In this document: positions 10,158 through 19,085 of the stretch, one piece after another
Position numbering within the stretch: position 1 is the stretch's first letter
Layout of the letters: each line of letters begins with the position of its first letter
Source of the DNA: Cyanobacteria bacterium P01_A01_bin.123
GTDB taxonomy: Bacteria > Cyanobacteriota > Cyanobacteriia > Phormidesmidales > Phormidesmidaceae
DNA: 64,000 nucleotides
NCBI GenBank assembly: GCA_039815185.1
Contig: JBCBZT010000038.1
Location: 1 to 64,000 of the forward strand
Reading direction: 5' to 3'
Position numbers and translations under genes: made by a program
Notes under the pieces: model-generated
Told to the model about the DNA's origin: nothing
What the model saw: the letters and a program-made list of their open reading frames with translations, nothing else
Database searches by the model: none

Positions 10158-11957
10158 TTAACCCCTCATCGCCTGCCTTAAAGAATCCGTCGCCGCCTGA
10201 TCAACCACCAACGCCACCGGATCAATCACCACCCCATAATCCCGCTGCGCAGACTCAACACTCATAAACTCATCCAGCACATCCTCCAACACCAAAGCCG
10301 GATCCCGCTCTAGCGAATCCCCATATCCCCCACCACAAGGGCTAATCGTCCGCAACGTATCCCCTGGCTTCGTCTTCCGACAGGGAAACTTAGACGGCAG
10401 ATCCTGCACCATGCCCTCATCCGAATTCAAGATTTGCACCCCACCAGGCGTGCCGTCATTGCCGCCGAAAATTCCCCAAGGCGCATACTTATTCCCCTCC
10501 CCTTCTAGGGACATTTGCCCCGGTGAAAGAAACTGGATATCGCGAATTGAACCGAGACCACCCCGCCACTTACCTGCCCCGCTGGCATCTTCAATCAGCT
10601 CATAACGGGTGACCCGCAGCGGCAAATGGGCCTCAATGTCTTCGATCGGGTTGTTGCGGGTGTTGGCATAGAGCGTATCCACCCCGTCCATGCCGTCCTT
10701 GCTGTATCGCCCACCATAGCTGCCCTCGGTGATATCCATGTAGACCCAATAGTCTTCATCCACCGCACCGCTGTAAGACACCACCTTAATGTTGCCAATA
10801 CCGCCGCTGACATTTTGCGGCGCCACCTGAGCTAACGCTTTCATCAGCGTGTCTGCCACAATGTTGCCGGGGCAGCAGCGGGCAATTACCGGGGCGGGAT
10901 AGATGGGATTAGCCAAACACCCCTTGGGCGCAACGATGTGGATGGGTCGAGTCAGACCAGAATTTTGCGGCACGTATTCCATTAAGGCCGTATCGAGCAG
11001 TACGGAGCGCAGGGTGACGAAAATGGCGATGTCTACCGTGCCGACAAAGGGCATATTGATGGGGCGATCATCCACCTGGGGCGCGGTGCCCGTGAGATCA
11101 ATGGTCATGTCACTGCCGTCGATGGTGACGGTGGTGGCAATTTTGAGATCTTTTTTGCTGGGGTCAGGATCGTCCAAAAAGCCATCGATGAACCCTTCGG
11201 CAGTGTAAGTGCCGTTAGGCAAACGCTCAACGGCCTGACGCATCATCCGCTCAGAATAGTCCATCAACACTTCACTGGCGGCCAAAACGGTTTCTAACCC
11301 ATACTGATTCACCAGTTCTAAAAACCGCTGTTCCCCCACGCGACAGGCGGCCACTTGGGCCTCGATGTCTCCCACCACCACCTGCGCACTGCGAATGTTT
11401 TGCCGCAGAATACGCCAGATCTGACGATTTTTGACGCCCTTTTCGTAGATTTTGACGGCCTTGAATTGCAGTCCTTCTGCAAAGGCATCCACCGCATCCA
11501 CAATGCCGCAGCTGCCAGGGGAGGAAGAGCCAATGTCTAAATGGTGAGCCGTGGTAAAAGAATAGCCAATCAGCTCATCGCCTCGAAAAATGGGGATGCC
11601 GACGCCGATGTCTGGCCCGTGGGAGGCTCCGTAATAAGCGTGGTTATGGAGGATGACATCACCAGGATAAAACTCCTCGCCATCTTCTGCCATCGCCTTG
11701 AGGACACCCCGCATATAGCCCGGAATCGGCCCCAGTTGGAGGGGTGTGCTGTAGGCACATTCGGCAAGCTGCTGACAGTCTGCATCTAAAATCGCGGCGC
11801 CAAAGTCTTCCGATTCGCGGATGATGCTGGAGTAAGACATGCGGGCCAACTTATGCCCCATCTCTAGGGCGATACCGTTGAGGGCACCGGCAATCACCTG
11901 GGCGGTGATGGGGTCAATTTTGGGCAGTTGACGGGGCTTGGGCAGAGAGACTGTCAT
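10158..11957 (-). CDS. Hydantoinase B / 5-oxoprolinase family protein
   Basis: DPITAQVI..EM...L.R.SYSSIIRESEDF, HHLDIG, SGAGKWRGG and GGGYGD motifs. Confidence 0.93.
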   Translation of the reverse strand: MTVSLPKPRQLPKIDPITAQVIAGALNGIALEMGHKLARMSYSSIIRESEDFGAAILDADCQQLAECAYSTPLQLGPIPGYMRGVLKAMAEDGEEFYPGDVILHNHAYYGASHGPDIGVGIPIFRGDELIGYSFTTAHHLDIGSSSPGSCGIVDAVDAFAEGLQFKAVKIYEKGVKNRQIWRILRQNIRSAQVVVGDIEAQVAACRVGEQRFLELVNQYGLETVLAASEVLMDYSERMMRQAVERLPNGTYTAEGFIDGFLDDPDPSKKDLKIATTVTIDGSDMTIDLTGTAPQVDDRPINMPFVGTVDIAIFVTLRSVLLDTALMEYVPQNSGLTRPIHIVAPKGCLANPIYPAPVIARCCPGNIVADTLMKALAQVAPQNVSGGIGNIKVVSYSGAVDEDYWVYMDITEGSYGGRYSKDGMDGVDTLYANTRNNPIEDIEAHLPLRVTRYELIEDASGAGKWRGGLGSIRDIQFLSPGQMSLEGEGNKYAPWGIFGGNDGTPGGVQILNSDEGMVQDLPSKFPCRKTKPGDTLRTISPCGGGYGDSLERDPALVLEDVLDEFMSVESAQRDYGVVIDPVALVVDQAATDSLRQAMRG

Positions 11958-11986
11958 GGGGATGAAGATAGGGCGGAATCCCTCTT

Positions 11987-12028
11987 GTTATACGGGGAGG
12001 TGGCCTCAGGGATCGTAATCTGCGCTAC
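11987..12028 (-). promoter_or_regulatory. NtcA-type promoter for the hydantoinase B gene
   Basis: GTA-N8-TAC at 12015-12028, then 22 nt, then -10-like TATAAC (11992-11987) on the minus strand. Confidence 0.65.
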
Positions 12029-12047
12029 GAGATGGCAAGAGTCCGAA

Positions 12048-12521
12048 TCAGGAAACCGTTCGTAAAAACTCGCAGAACTTCATTACATCCCCCTGGAACT
12101 GCTGATGAATTTGGCCAATTTGATTGCCGAGAGACTCGATGCGATCGCTGCGCAGGTCAAAGCTGTAGATGTTTCTAACGACATGGCGAAAGGCTCGATA
12201 ATCATCTAAGACTTGTCGAGTTGCCACACTCAACACAGGAGGACGCAAGTCAGGTAGTTCGGCTGACATTTGACGCAATAGCCGTCGGTGCCAGTCTGCG
12301 CCTTCAGGGATAAATTCATCCAAAGTACGAGCAATGTCTTCCAGTAGACGTTCAACCCCGGTGTAGTAGCTGTGCAGATTCAGGGCAATTGTCCCCAAAT
12401 AGTCTTCATCCCGAGTCGTCTGAAACTTCTGCAAGAGCCGAGTTGTTTCTCGAACCAATCGCTCAAGCTCAGCCAAATCCTGCTGGAGTTGCCCGATTAA
12501 TGCGGCATGCAGAGGTGTCAC
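12048..12521 (-). CDS. HEPN (HepT/DUF86-like) toxin
   Basis: GTG start overlaps the MNT stop; LHSYYTGVERLLEDIA, WHRRLL and FRHVVRNIY motifs. Confidence 0.8.
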   Translation of the reverse strand: MTPLHAALIGQLQQDLAELERLVRETTRLLQKFQTTRDEDYLGTIALNLHSYYTGVERLLEDIARTLDEFIPEGADWHRRLLRQMSAELPDLRPPVLSVATRQVLDDYRAFRHVVRNIYSFDLRSDRIESLGNQIGQIHQQFQGDVMKFCEFLRTVS

Positions 12522-12931
12522 AGATCTATCCCTGCTTGGATGGCTTGTAACAGATTGGGGCTTGCATAGTCTGCTTCCACGAGGTCGATAGAAAAGTCTG
12601 GATCTAGATCTAACAGATTTGCAAGGGCAGGCAAATAATCTGTCTCGGGCAAGCCCCAAACGGCTAAGTCGATATCGGAGCGGGAGTGAACGTTGTCGGG
12701 AGTCAGCAACGACCCGAAAAGCACTACCTTTGAGGCTCCCCAACGTGTCTTAAGGTGGTGAGCTGCCTGCTTAGCGACCGATCGGCCTCGACGATAACGG
12801 GCCAATTGCTGCTGTCGCTTTTGTTTTGCTCGCTGCATGGCTCCAGCTCGATAGCGAGCCATCTGTTCGGCAGTTAGGGCGTAATGGGTCGTTTGAGACG
12901 TCAAGATTTGCACTGATAGAATTGCCTGCAC
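12518..12931 (-). CDS. Minimal nucleotidyltransferase (MNT) antitoxin
   Basis: LFGS-x10-DID motif; adjacent to the HEPN gene; true start may be internal. Confidence 0.85.
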   Translation of the reverse strand: MQAILSVQILTSQTTHYALTAEQMARYRAGAMQRAKQKRQQQLARYRRGRSVAKQAAHHLKTRWGASKVVLFGSLLTPDNVHSRSDIDLAVWGLPETDYLPALANLLDLDPDFSIDLVEADYASPNLLQAIQAGIDL

Positions 12932-13107
12932 CTATTGTAGAGGTAACCTCAGTACCAGCCTTTACGTTACTCTTGCAGCGTCAAATCAGAATTTATTGGC
13001 GCTAACGAGCTTACGCAGGAGCTGTGGGCTGGCAAAAGTAAGGGATAAGATGTGAGTCCAAGGAGTCCCCGCAGCAGCAATTTTAGAAGGATAGATGGGG
13101 AGGATAG

Positions 13108-13728
13108 ATGCTCTACAGCGACTTCAATTTAGCCAGAGCCAGGGACGATTTCGGTTTAACATTGGAGGAAAATCAGGACTTGTTTGCGCGGGTTGCACCA
13201 ATCGCACCCTCTGAAACGTTAAAAGCGATTTTGACAGACTACATTCCCCTAGCCACGGCGATCGCGACCGAAAAAGCTCGCTCTGAATTTTTAATCGCCC
13301 CGATTCTGGCCGAGGTTAGACGACAGCTTAATAATCAAATTGCCCTATTCTCAGGCAATGAATTTCCGGTCGATCCAGAACTGGGGTTGCATGGTTTTTG
13401 TGACTATATCATCAGCGCTTCGCCAGAACAGCTCTTCATTACAGCCCCTGTCATGATGATCGTAGAGGCAAAGCGAGAAGACATTATCGGCGGCCTGGGA
13501 CAATGCATTGCAGCAATGGTAGCGGCACAATTATTTAATCAACGTCAAGGCAACGAGGTGACGCCGATCTATGGCGCGGTGACCACAGGCACAAACTGGA
13601 AGTTCTTAACCCTATCTGAGAAAACCGTTGCCGTGGATCGGGTAGAGTACTTTATCAACCAGTTAGAGAAAATCCTGGGCATTTTAATGGAGCCGTTTAA
13701 GCGATCTCCGGCGATGGTTTCAGGATAG
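13108..13728 (+). CDS. Cyanobacterial PD-(D/E)XK-like hypothetical protein
   Basis: EKARSE, G.CDY, IVEAK, GLGQC.A.M and YGAVTTGTNWKF motifs. Confidence 0.75.
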   Translation: MLYSDFNLARARDDFGLTLEENQDLFARVAPIAPSETLKAILTDYIPLATAIATEKARSEFLIAPILAEVRRQLNNQIALFSGNEFPVDPELGLHGFCDYIISASPEQLFITAPVMMIVEAKREDIIGGLGQCIAAMVAAQLFNQRQGNEVTPIYGAVTTGTNWKFLTLSEKTVAVDRVEYFINQLEKILGILMEPFKRSPAMVSG

Positions 13729-13751
13729 GGCATCATATCTGAATCAATGTT

Positions 13752-14465
13752 TTGACACCACGCTTGTATCCAATTAACGTGAACGACTACTTGCAATTTG
13801 GTGAAATCTCCCCCACGGCCTATGCCGACGCCTTGGGGCGTGAGCAGTTTATGGATATGGGCATTCGGGAGATGTGGCACCGCATCCCTAGGCTGGTTGG
13901 CCCAGCTTACCCGGTGAGTTGCCCACCCGGCGATAATCTGATGCTGCATGCGGCAATTTATCGGGCGGCACCGGGTTCTGTGATTGTGGTGCAGGCAGGG
14001 GATGTGGACTATGCCGTGTCTGGGGGAAATGTCTGTGCCGTTGCCCAAAAAAGAGGCATCGCTGGATTTGTGGTAGACGGCGTGATTCGAGATGTGGCAG
14101 AAGTCCGAGAATGCAGGTTCCCCGTGTTTGCGCGAGGCGTGATGCCCATCCCCGGTAAAAAGCAAGGGCCAGGCACCCTTAATCAACCGATTACCTGTGG
14201 TGGGGTTCGAGTGCTTCCCGGCGATATTGTGGTCGCAGATGAAGAAGGCATTGTGGTGGTGCCGAGTGCGCAGCGAGAAACAACCTGGGAGATTGCCCAA
14301 CAGCGCGCTGATCGGGATGCAGCTCAGTCTTTGGAAGATTGGGAAATGAGCCATCGGGCCAAAATCGATCGGATTTTGGCAGATATTGGATGCGATCCAG
14401 GGCGATCGTCAATGAGCGAGGATCAGGACTCTGAATTTCAATCAATCGATATTGGATTGCCCTGA
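13752..14465 (+). CDS. RraA/HMG aldolase family protein
   Basis: GDNL, VVDGVIRD and PGDIVVADEEGIVVVP motifs; start uncertain. Confidence 0.85.
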   Translation: MTPRLYPINVNDYLQFGEISPTAYADALGREQFMDMGIREMWHRIPRLVGPAYPVSCPPGDNLMLHAAIYRAAPGSVIVVQAGDVDYAVSGGNVCAVAQKRGIAGFVVDGVIRDVAEVRECRFPVFARGVMPIPGKKQGPGTLNQPITCGGVRVLPGDIVVADEEGIVVVPSAQRETTWEIAQQRADRDAAQSLEDWEMSHRAKIDRILADIGCDPGRSSMSEDQDSEFQSIDIGLP

Positions 14466-14559
14466 GACGGCGTTCAATAAAACCCGATACGATACTGAGG
14501 GTGTGTTTCTTTGAGGTAGCGCACACTAGCCCCTGTTTAATCTGCCCTTGGAGCCCTGC

Positions 14560-14898
14560 ATGTCTGAACGAACGCGCGTTTTAGCTGAAACCATGGCCTT
14601 GCTGATGTCCACTACCCCGGATACCAAACTGGGCAAACTGCTAAATTTCTGCTTAGCGACCAAAGTAGACGCTGCGATCGCAGGGAAGACGCCCTTAGAA
14701 ATGGCCCAAGCGCTGATTATGCAACCCGAACAAATCTCCGCTTGGATTACCGCCGCTATTGATGGGGACGACGACTACACCGTTGAAGAAATGGTAGCCT
14801 TAGCCGACATGGGGCTCAAAGACGCCGAGAAATTTATGGATGATCTTTGGGTGGAACTCGACAATATTGATTTACAGGGGATTTCCTTAGAAAAATAG
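14560..14898 (+). CDS. Hypothetical acidic protein
   Basis: Open frame co-oriented with the downstream operon; no recognised motif. Confidence 0.6.
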   Translation: MSERTRVLAETMALLMSTTPDTKLGKLLNFCLATKVDAAIAGKTPLEMAQALIMQPEQISAWITAAIDGDDDYTVEEMVALADMGLKDAEKFMDDLWVELDNIDLQGISLEK

Positions 14899-14909
14899 AA
14901 CCGCAGACG

Positions 14910-15803
14910 ATGACCACTGAAAAATCCCGACTATCGACAGCTCCCCCACCGCGATCGCTCTCTGAAACCCCTGGGACTCAAACTCAGGCTCAACCCCAGC
15001 GCCGATCTTGGGTACAGCGGTTGGGGACTGCCGATGTGGTCGCGCCCTTGATCGTCGGTGTGCTGATGCTAGTCGGTTGGGATTTGCTGGTGCGGTTCAC
15101 CGGGTTGCCCCCTTACCTTCTACCGGGGCCACTGTTGGTATTAGAAGCCTTGATTACCGAAGCACCGCAGCTATTCGGCTCGTTGTGGATTACGCTACAA
15201 ATTACCGTTGTAGCCTTTATTGCAGCTACGATATCGGGTCTGTTAATTGCAGTGCTGTTCACCCAAAGTCGCTGGATTGAACGCAGCTTTTTCCCCTACG
15301 CGGTGATTTTGCAAACGACGCCGATCGTTGCGATCGCCCCCTTAATCATCATGTGGCTGAAAAACAACACGTTTATGGCCCTGGTGGTGTGCGCCTGGAT
15401 CGTGGCCTTTTTCCCGATCGTGTCAAATACCACCCTGGGCCTTAAGAGTGCTGACCACAGTCTGCGCAATCTGTTTCAACTCTACGGTGCAAACCGTTGG
15501 CAAACCCTTTGGTATCTGCGCTTGCCCAGCGCCTTGCCCTACTTTCTGGGGGGACTGCGGATCAGCGGCGGGTTAGCCTTGATTGGCGCTGTGGTGGCTG
15601 AGTTTGTGGCTGGCAGGGGCGGAGCACGCTCGGGGTTAGCCTATCAGATCTTAATGTCCGGCCTTAACCTACAAATTCCCCGCATGTTCGCGGCCCTGGC
15701 GCTGATTACTGGTTTGGGAGTGCTGATTTTTGTGGGGCTCACGCTATTGTCTGACGCTTTACTCCGCCATTGGCACGAGAGTGCTATAAAGCGAGAGAAT
15801 TGA
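14910..15803 (+). CDS. NitT/TauT-family ABC transporter permease
   Basis: TM helices; LRLPSALPYFLGGLRIS and IGAVVAEF motifs. Confidence 0.92.
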   Translation: MTTEKSRLSTAPPPRSLSETPGTQTQAQPQRRSWVQRLGTADVVAPLIVGVLMLVGWDLLVRFTGLPPYLLPGPLLVLEALITEAPQLFGSLWITLQITVVAFIAATISGLLIAVLFTQSRWIERSFFPYAVILQTTPIVAIAPLIIMWLKNNTFMALVVCAWIVAFFPIVSNTTLGLKSADHSLRNLFQLYGANRWQTLWYLRLPSALPYFLGGLRISGGLALIGAVVAEFVAGRGGARSGLAYQILMSGLNLQIPRMFAALALITGLGVLIFVGLTLLSDALLRHWHESAIKREN

Positions 15804-15813
15804 ACACTCGCCC

Positions 15814-17154
15814 ATGCCCCATCAATTTGTAGACATTCCCAACTGCGATCGCTTTTGGTTGCGTAACGCCCGCATTCCCCTCACCCTGCTCGATAGCCCA
15901 ACGGGTTGGACACCGATTTCACGGTTGAGCGCGGTACCGCTTCAAGAAAATCTAGTCGCGGTCAATATTGAGATTCAGGGTAGCCATATTTCCCAGCTTG
16001 TCCCTACCGGAACCGGCAGCATTGAAGACAGCGTTGCGGTCGATTTGCAACAAGGCCTAGTGTGGCCTTGCTTTGTGGATATGCATACTCACCTTGACAA
16101 AGGTCAAACCTGGGAACGACGCCCCAACCCCGATGGCAAATTCACCTCTGCCCTGGAAGTCCTAGGCAGCGATCGACTCAAACGCTGGGAACCGGAAGAC
16201 GTCTATCGTCGAATGGAGTTTGGGCTTAAGTGTAGCTACGCCCACGGCACCCAAGCCATTCGCACCCATTTAGATCTGTTTGATGACCAGATTGAGACCA
16301 GTCTGGCGGTGTTTCGGCAGCTTAAGCAGGCTTGGCGCGATCGCCTTACCCTCGAAGCCGTCTGTCTAGTACCCATCGAGCAGTTCCTCACTCCCTATGG
16401 TGAAACCTTGGCTGACGCTATGGCGGAATTGGGCGGATTGCTGGGCGGCATCGTACTAATGGCAGATAATTTGGACACCCAACTCGATCGCGTGTTTACC
16501 CTCGCCGCCGAACGCAACCTCAATCTAGATTTTCACACCGACGAAAGCCTGGATCCCGCTGAGATCACCCTACGCTACGTGGCCCGAGCCAAAGCCCGCA
16601 ATCAGTTCACTGGGCAAGTCACCTGCGACCACTGCTGCACCCTCGCCGTCCAGTCATCAGAGGTCGCCGCAGAGACTCTACGTTGGGTTAGCGATGCAGG
16701 CGTTTCCGTCGTCAGCTTACCGATGTGCAACCTGTATCTGCAAGATCGCGAACCGGGCCGCATGCCCCGCGTGCGTGGCGTCACCCTACTGCACGAACTC
16801 AAACAGCACGGCATTCCTGTGGTGCTGGCCAGCGACAACTGCCGCGACGCCTTCTTTGCCTACGGCGACCACGATGGGCTAGAGGTGTTTACCCAATCCG
16901 CCCGCATCGGCCACCTCGATCGCCCCTACGGTGACTGGCCCCAATCGCTGAACCGGATTCCTGCTGAAATTATGGGTTTGCCAGAAGCGGGGCGGATTGG
17001 GGTCGGGCTGCCTGCCGACCTGGTACTTTTCAAAGGCCGCACCTTAAATGAATTGATGGCTAGATCCCAACGCGATCGCGTCGTCTTGCGCAACGGCAAA
17101 GCCATTGACACCACCCTGCCCGACTACGCCGAGCTTGATGATTTACTTGTTTAA
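15814..17154 (+). CDS. Cytosine deaminase-like amidohydrolase
   Basis: DMHTHLDK, IRTHLD, DFHTDE and SDNCRDAF motifs; true substrate uncertain. Confidence 0.9.
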   Translation: MPHQFVDIPNCDRFWLRNARIPLTLLDSPTGWTPISRLSAVPLQENLVAVNIEIQGSHISQLVPTGTGSIEDSVAVDLQQGLVWPCFVDMHTHLDKGQTWERRPNPDGKFTSALEVLGSDRLKRWEPEDVYRRMEFGLKCSYAHGTQAIRTHLDLFDDQIETSLAVFRQLKQAWRDRLTLEAVCLVPIEQFLTPYGETLADAMAELGGLLGGIVLMADNLDTQLDRVFTLAAERNLNLDFHTDESLDPAEITLRYVARAKARNQFTGQVTCDHCCTLAVQSSEVAAETLRWVSDAGVSVVSLPMCNLYLQDREPGRMPRVRGVTLLHELKQHGIPVVLASDNCRDAFFAYGDHDGLEVFTQSARIGHLDRPYGDWPQSLNRIPAEIMGLPEAGRIGVGLPADLVLFKGRTLNELMARSQRDRVVLRNGKAIDTTLPDYAELDDLLV

Positions 17155-17183
17155 GTTGACGATAGCTACCTGATATAAACTGT

Positions 17184-17444
17184 ATGGATACTTTGGCGAT
17201 TCGAGCGGATGCGAGAGTTAAGAAAGTCTATTTCACACAGGATACAATCAGCGTTGATTTATTAGACGGGCGAACCATTACTGTGCCGTTGGTTTGGTAT
17301 CCAAGGCTATTTAACGCAACACCTGACCAACGAGCAAACTGGCAAGTCTGTGGTGGTGGCTATGGCATCCACTGGGAGGATGTGGATGAGGATCTCAGCA
17401 CCGCAGGCATGCTGAGGGGAGCACCTGCACCTGATGCAAAATAA
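17184..17444 (+). CDS. DUF2442 family protein
   Basis: L.DGR.I.VPL.WYPRL and GIHWEDVDEDLS motifs. Confidence 0.85.
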   Translation: MDTLAIRADARVKKVYFTQDTISVDLLDGRTITVPLVWYPRLFNATPDQRANWQVCGGGYGIHWEDVDEDLSTAGMLRGAPAPDAK

Positions 17445-17479
17445 GTTGGGTCCATGAAATCTAAATCCCAAAAAATCTT

Positions 17480-18070
17480 ATGGTTAGTTCTCAACCCATT
17501 TCTCCATCCCTAACCATTCAGTCTTTAGATGACTGGATAAAAAACCCGCTACCCGGCACAGAATGGGTCGATGGCAAGTTAGTCCAAAAACACCCCGATG
17601 TATTGATTGAGGGAGAATCGACTTCAGACAATGGCATGACCTTAAAACACAGCCGGGTGCAGTCAAAGCTTGCTTATTACTGGAGAATGCATGTAGAAAC
17701 GCTGGCTCAAGACAAAGGAGAAGTCTACACCGAAGCGCCCTGTCGCACCCAAGAACAGGGGCGATCGCCCGATGTCGCTTACCTCACCCCAGACCTAGTC
17801 GCCCAATATGGTGACGCAGACGTTTTACCTCAAAGCTTTCCCCTGATTGCCGAAATTGTCTCCCCTACCGATTTCGCAGAAAGCATCATCGCTAAAGCCT
17901 ATGAGTACCTCGCCTCCGGCGCTGAAGAAGTTTGGTTAGTCTTACCCAACAACAATTGGGTGATTGTCGTCACCCACCCACAACAGCAAATTTTCACCCT
18001 AGAAGACATCGTGCAAACCCAAACCGTCCTCCCCGGTTTCAACATCGCAGTCAGAGATCTCTTAAGCTGA
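17480..18070 (+). CDS. Uma2 family endonuclease-like protein
   Basis: RSPDVAY, IAEIVSP, Y...GAEEVWLV and LPGF motifs. Confidence 0.9.
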   Translation: MVSSQPISPSLTIQSLDDWIKNPLPGTEWVDGKLVQKHPDVLIEGESTSDNGMTLKHSRVQSKLAYYWRMHVETLAQDKGEVYTEAPCRTQEQGRSPDVAYLTPDLVAQYGDADVLPQSFPLIAEIVSPTDFAESIIAKAYEYLASGAEEVWLVLPNNNWVIVVTHPQQQIFTLEDIVQTQTVLPGFNIAVRDLLS

Positions 18071-18171
18071 GATGAATTGAAGCAGCGTAAGGGCTCAGGG
18101 GTAAGTTAAAGCCCAAAAAATGCCTCCCCCACTCTCCCTACCTCCCCGCTCTCCCACTCCTCTACTCCCTC

Positions 18172-18939
18172 ATGACCACCCCCCTCCATACCCTCGGCAC
18201 CCCACCCACCGCCTGGCAAGTCAACGCCGACATTGCCGACATCACCCGTCCTGCCCTACCTCAACAGATCATCACCTTTCAAACCCAAACTAAAAAACTC
18301 CACGTCGATCTCAACAAAACTGCCTGCATCGTCGTGGATATGCAAAACGATTTTTGCCACCCTGACGGCTGGCTGGCTTCTATTGGCGTCGATGTCACCC
18401 CGGCCAGGTCGCCCATCGAACCGCTCCAGGGGTTGTTGCCCAGGCTGCGATCGCAGCAAGTTCCCATCCTTTGGGTCAACTGGGGCAACCGCCCAGACCT
18501 GATGAACATCAGCGCCGGACTCCGCCACGTCTATAACCCCACTGGAGAAGGCGTCGGCCTCACCGACCCCCTGCCCAAAAACGGAGCCCCCGTGCTTACA
18601 AAAGACAGCTGGGCCGCTGCCGTTGTGGATGAACTGGAGCAGCTTCCTGAAGATATCAAAGTCGATAAGTACCGCATGAGCGGTTTTTGGGACACTCCCC
18701 TCGATAGCATCTTAAAAAACCTGGGTCGCACCACCCTACTGTTCGCAGGTGTCAACGCCGATCAATGCGTCCTTTGCACCCTGCAAGACGCCAACTTCCT
18801 CGGTTACGACTGCATCCTCCTGAAAGACTGCACCGCCACCACCTCCCCCGACTACTGCATGCAAGCCACGATCTACAACACCAATCAGATTTTTGGCTTT
18901 GTGGTTGATTCGGTTGGTGTCTTAGCGGCCATTGATTGA
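18172..18939 (+). CDS. Isochorismatase-like cysteine hydrolase (biuret/triuret hydrolase group)
   Basis: D-K-C triad in VVDMQNDF, DKYRMSGF and GVNADQCV. Confidence 0.88.
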   Translation: MTTPLHTLGTPPTAWQVNADIADITRPALPQQIITFQTQTKKLHVDLNKTACIVVDMQNDFCHPDGWLASIGVDVTPARSPIEPLQGLLPRLRSQQVPILWVNWGNRPDLMNISAGLRHVYNPTGEGVGLTDPLPKNGAPVLTKDSWAAAVVDELEQLPEDIKVDKYRMSGFWDTPLDSILKNLGRTTLLFAGVNADQCVLCTLQDANFLGYDCILLKDCTATTSPDYCMQATIYNTNQIFGFVVDSVGVLAAID

Positions 18940-18976
18940 TGAATGATAAAGGATGATGTGTAAGGCGTTAAAGAAT

Positions 18977-19060
18977 CTCCCTGCCTCCCCCGCTCCCCCT
19001 GCCTCCCCCGCTCCCCTTGCCTCCCCCGCTCCCCCTGCCTCCCCCGCTCCCCTTGTCCCC
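18977..19060 (+). repeat. Tandem 18-bp C-rich repeat (CTGCCTCCCCCGCTCCCC, ~4 copies)
   Basis: Directly visible; related tracts at ~18121-18170, 56095-56190 and 56318-56355. Confidence 0.9.
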
Positions 19061-19085
19061 TTATCTGCCCCATCACGCCATATCT

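Noticed and set aside
12522..12743. N-terminal extension of the HEPN ORF
   Set aside because: It overlaps the MNT gene; the GTG at 12521 coupled to the MNT stop is more plausible.
18885..19085. QGERGR-repeat ORF and poly-Pro extension of the oxidoreductase
   Set aside because: Translations of the 18-bp tandem repeat.
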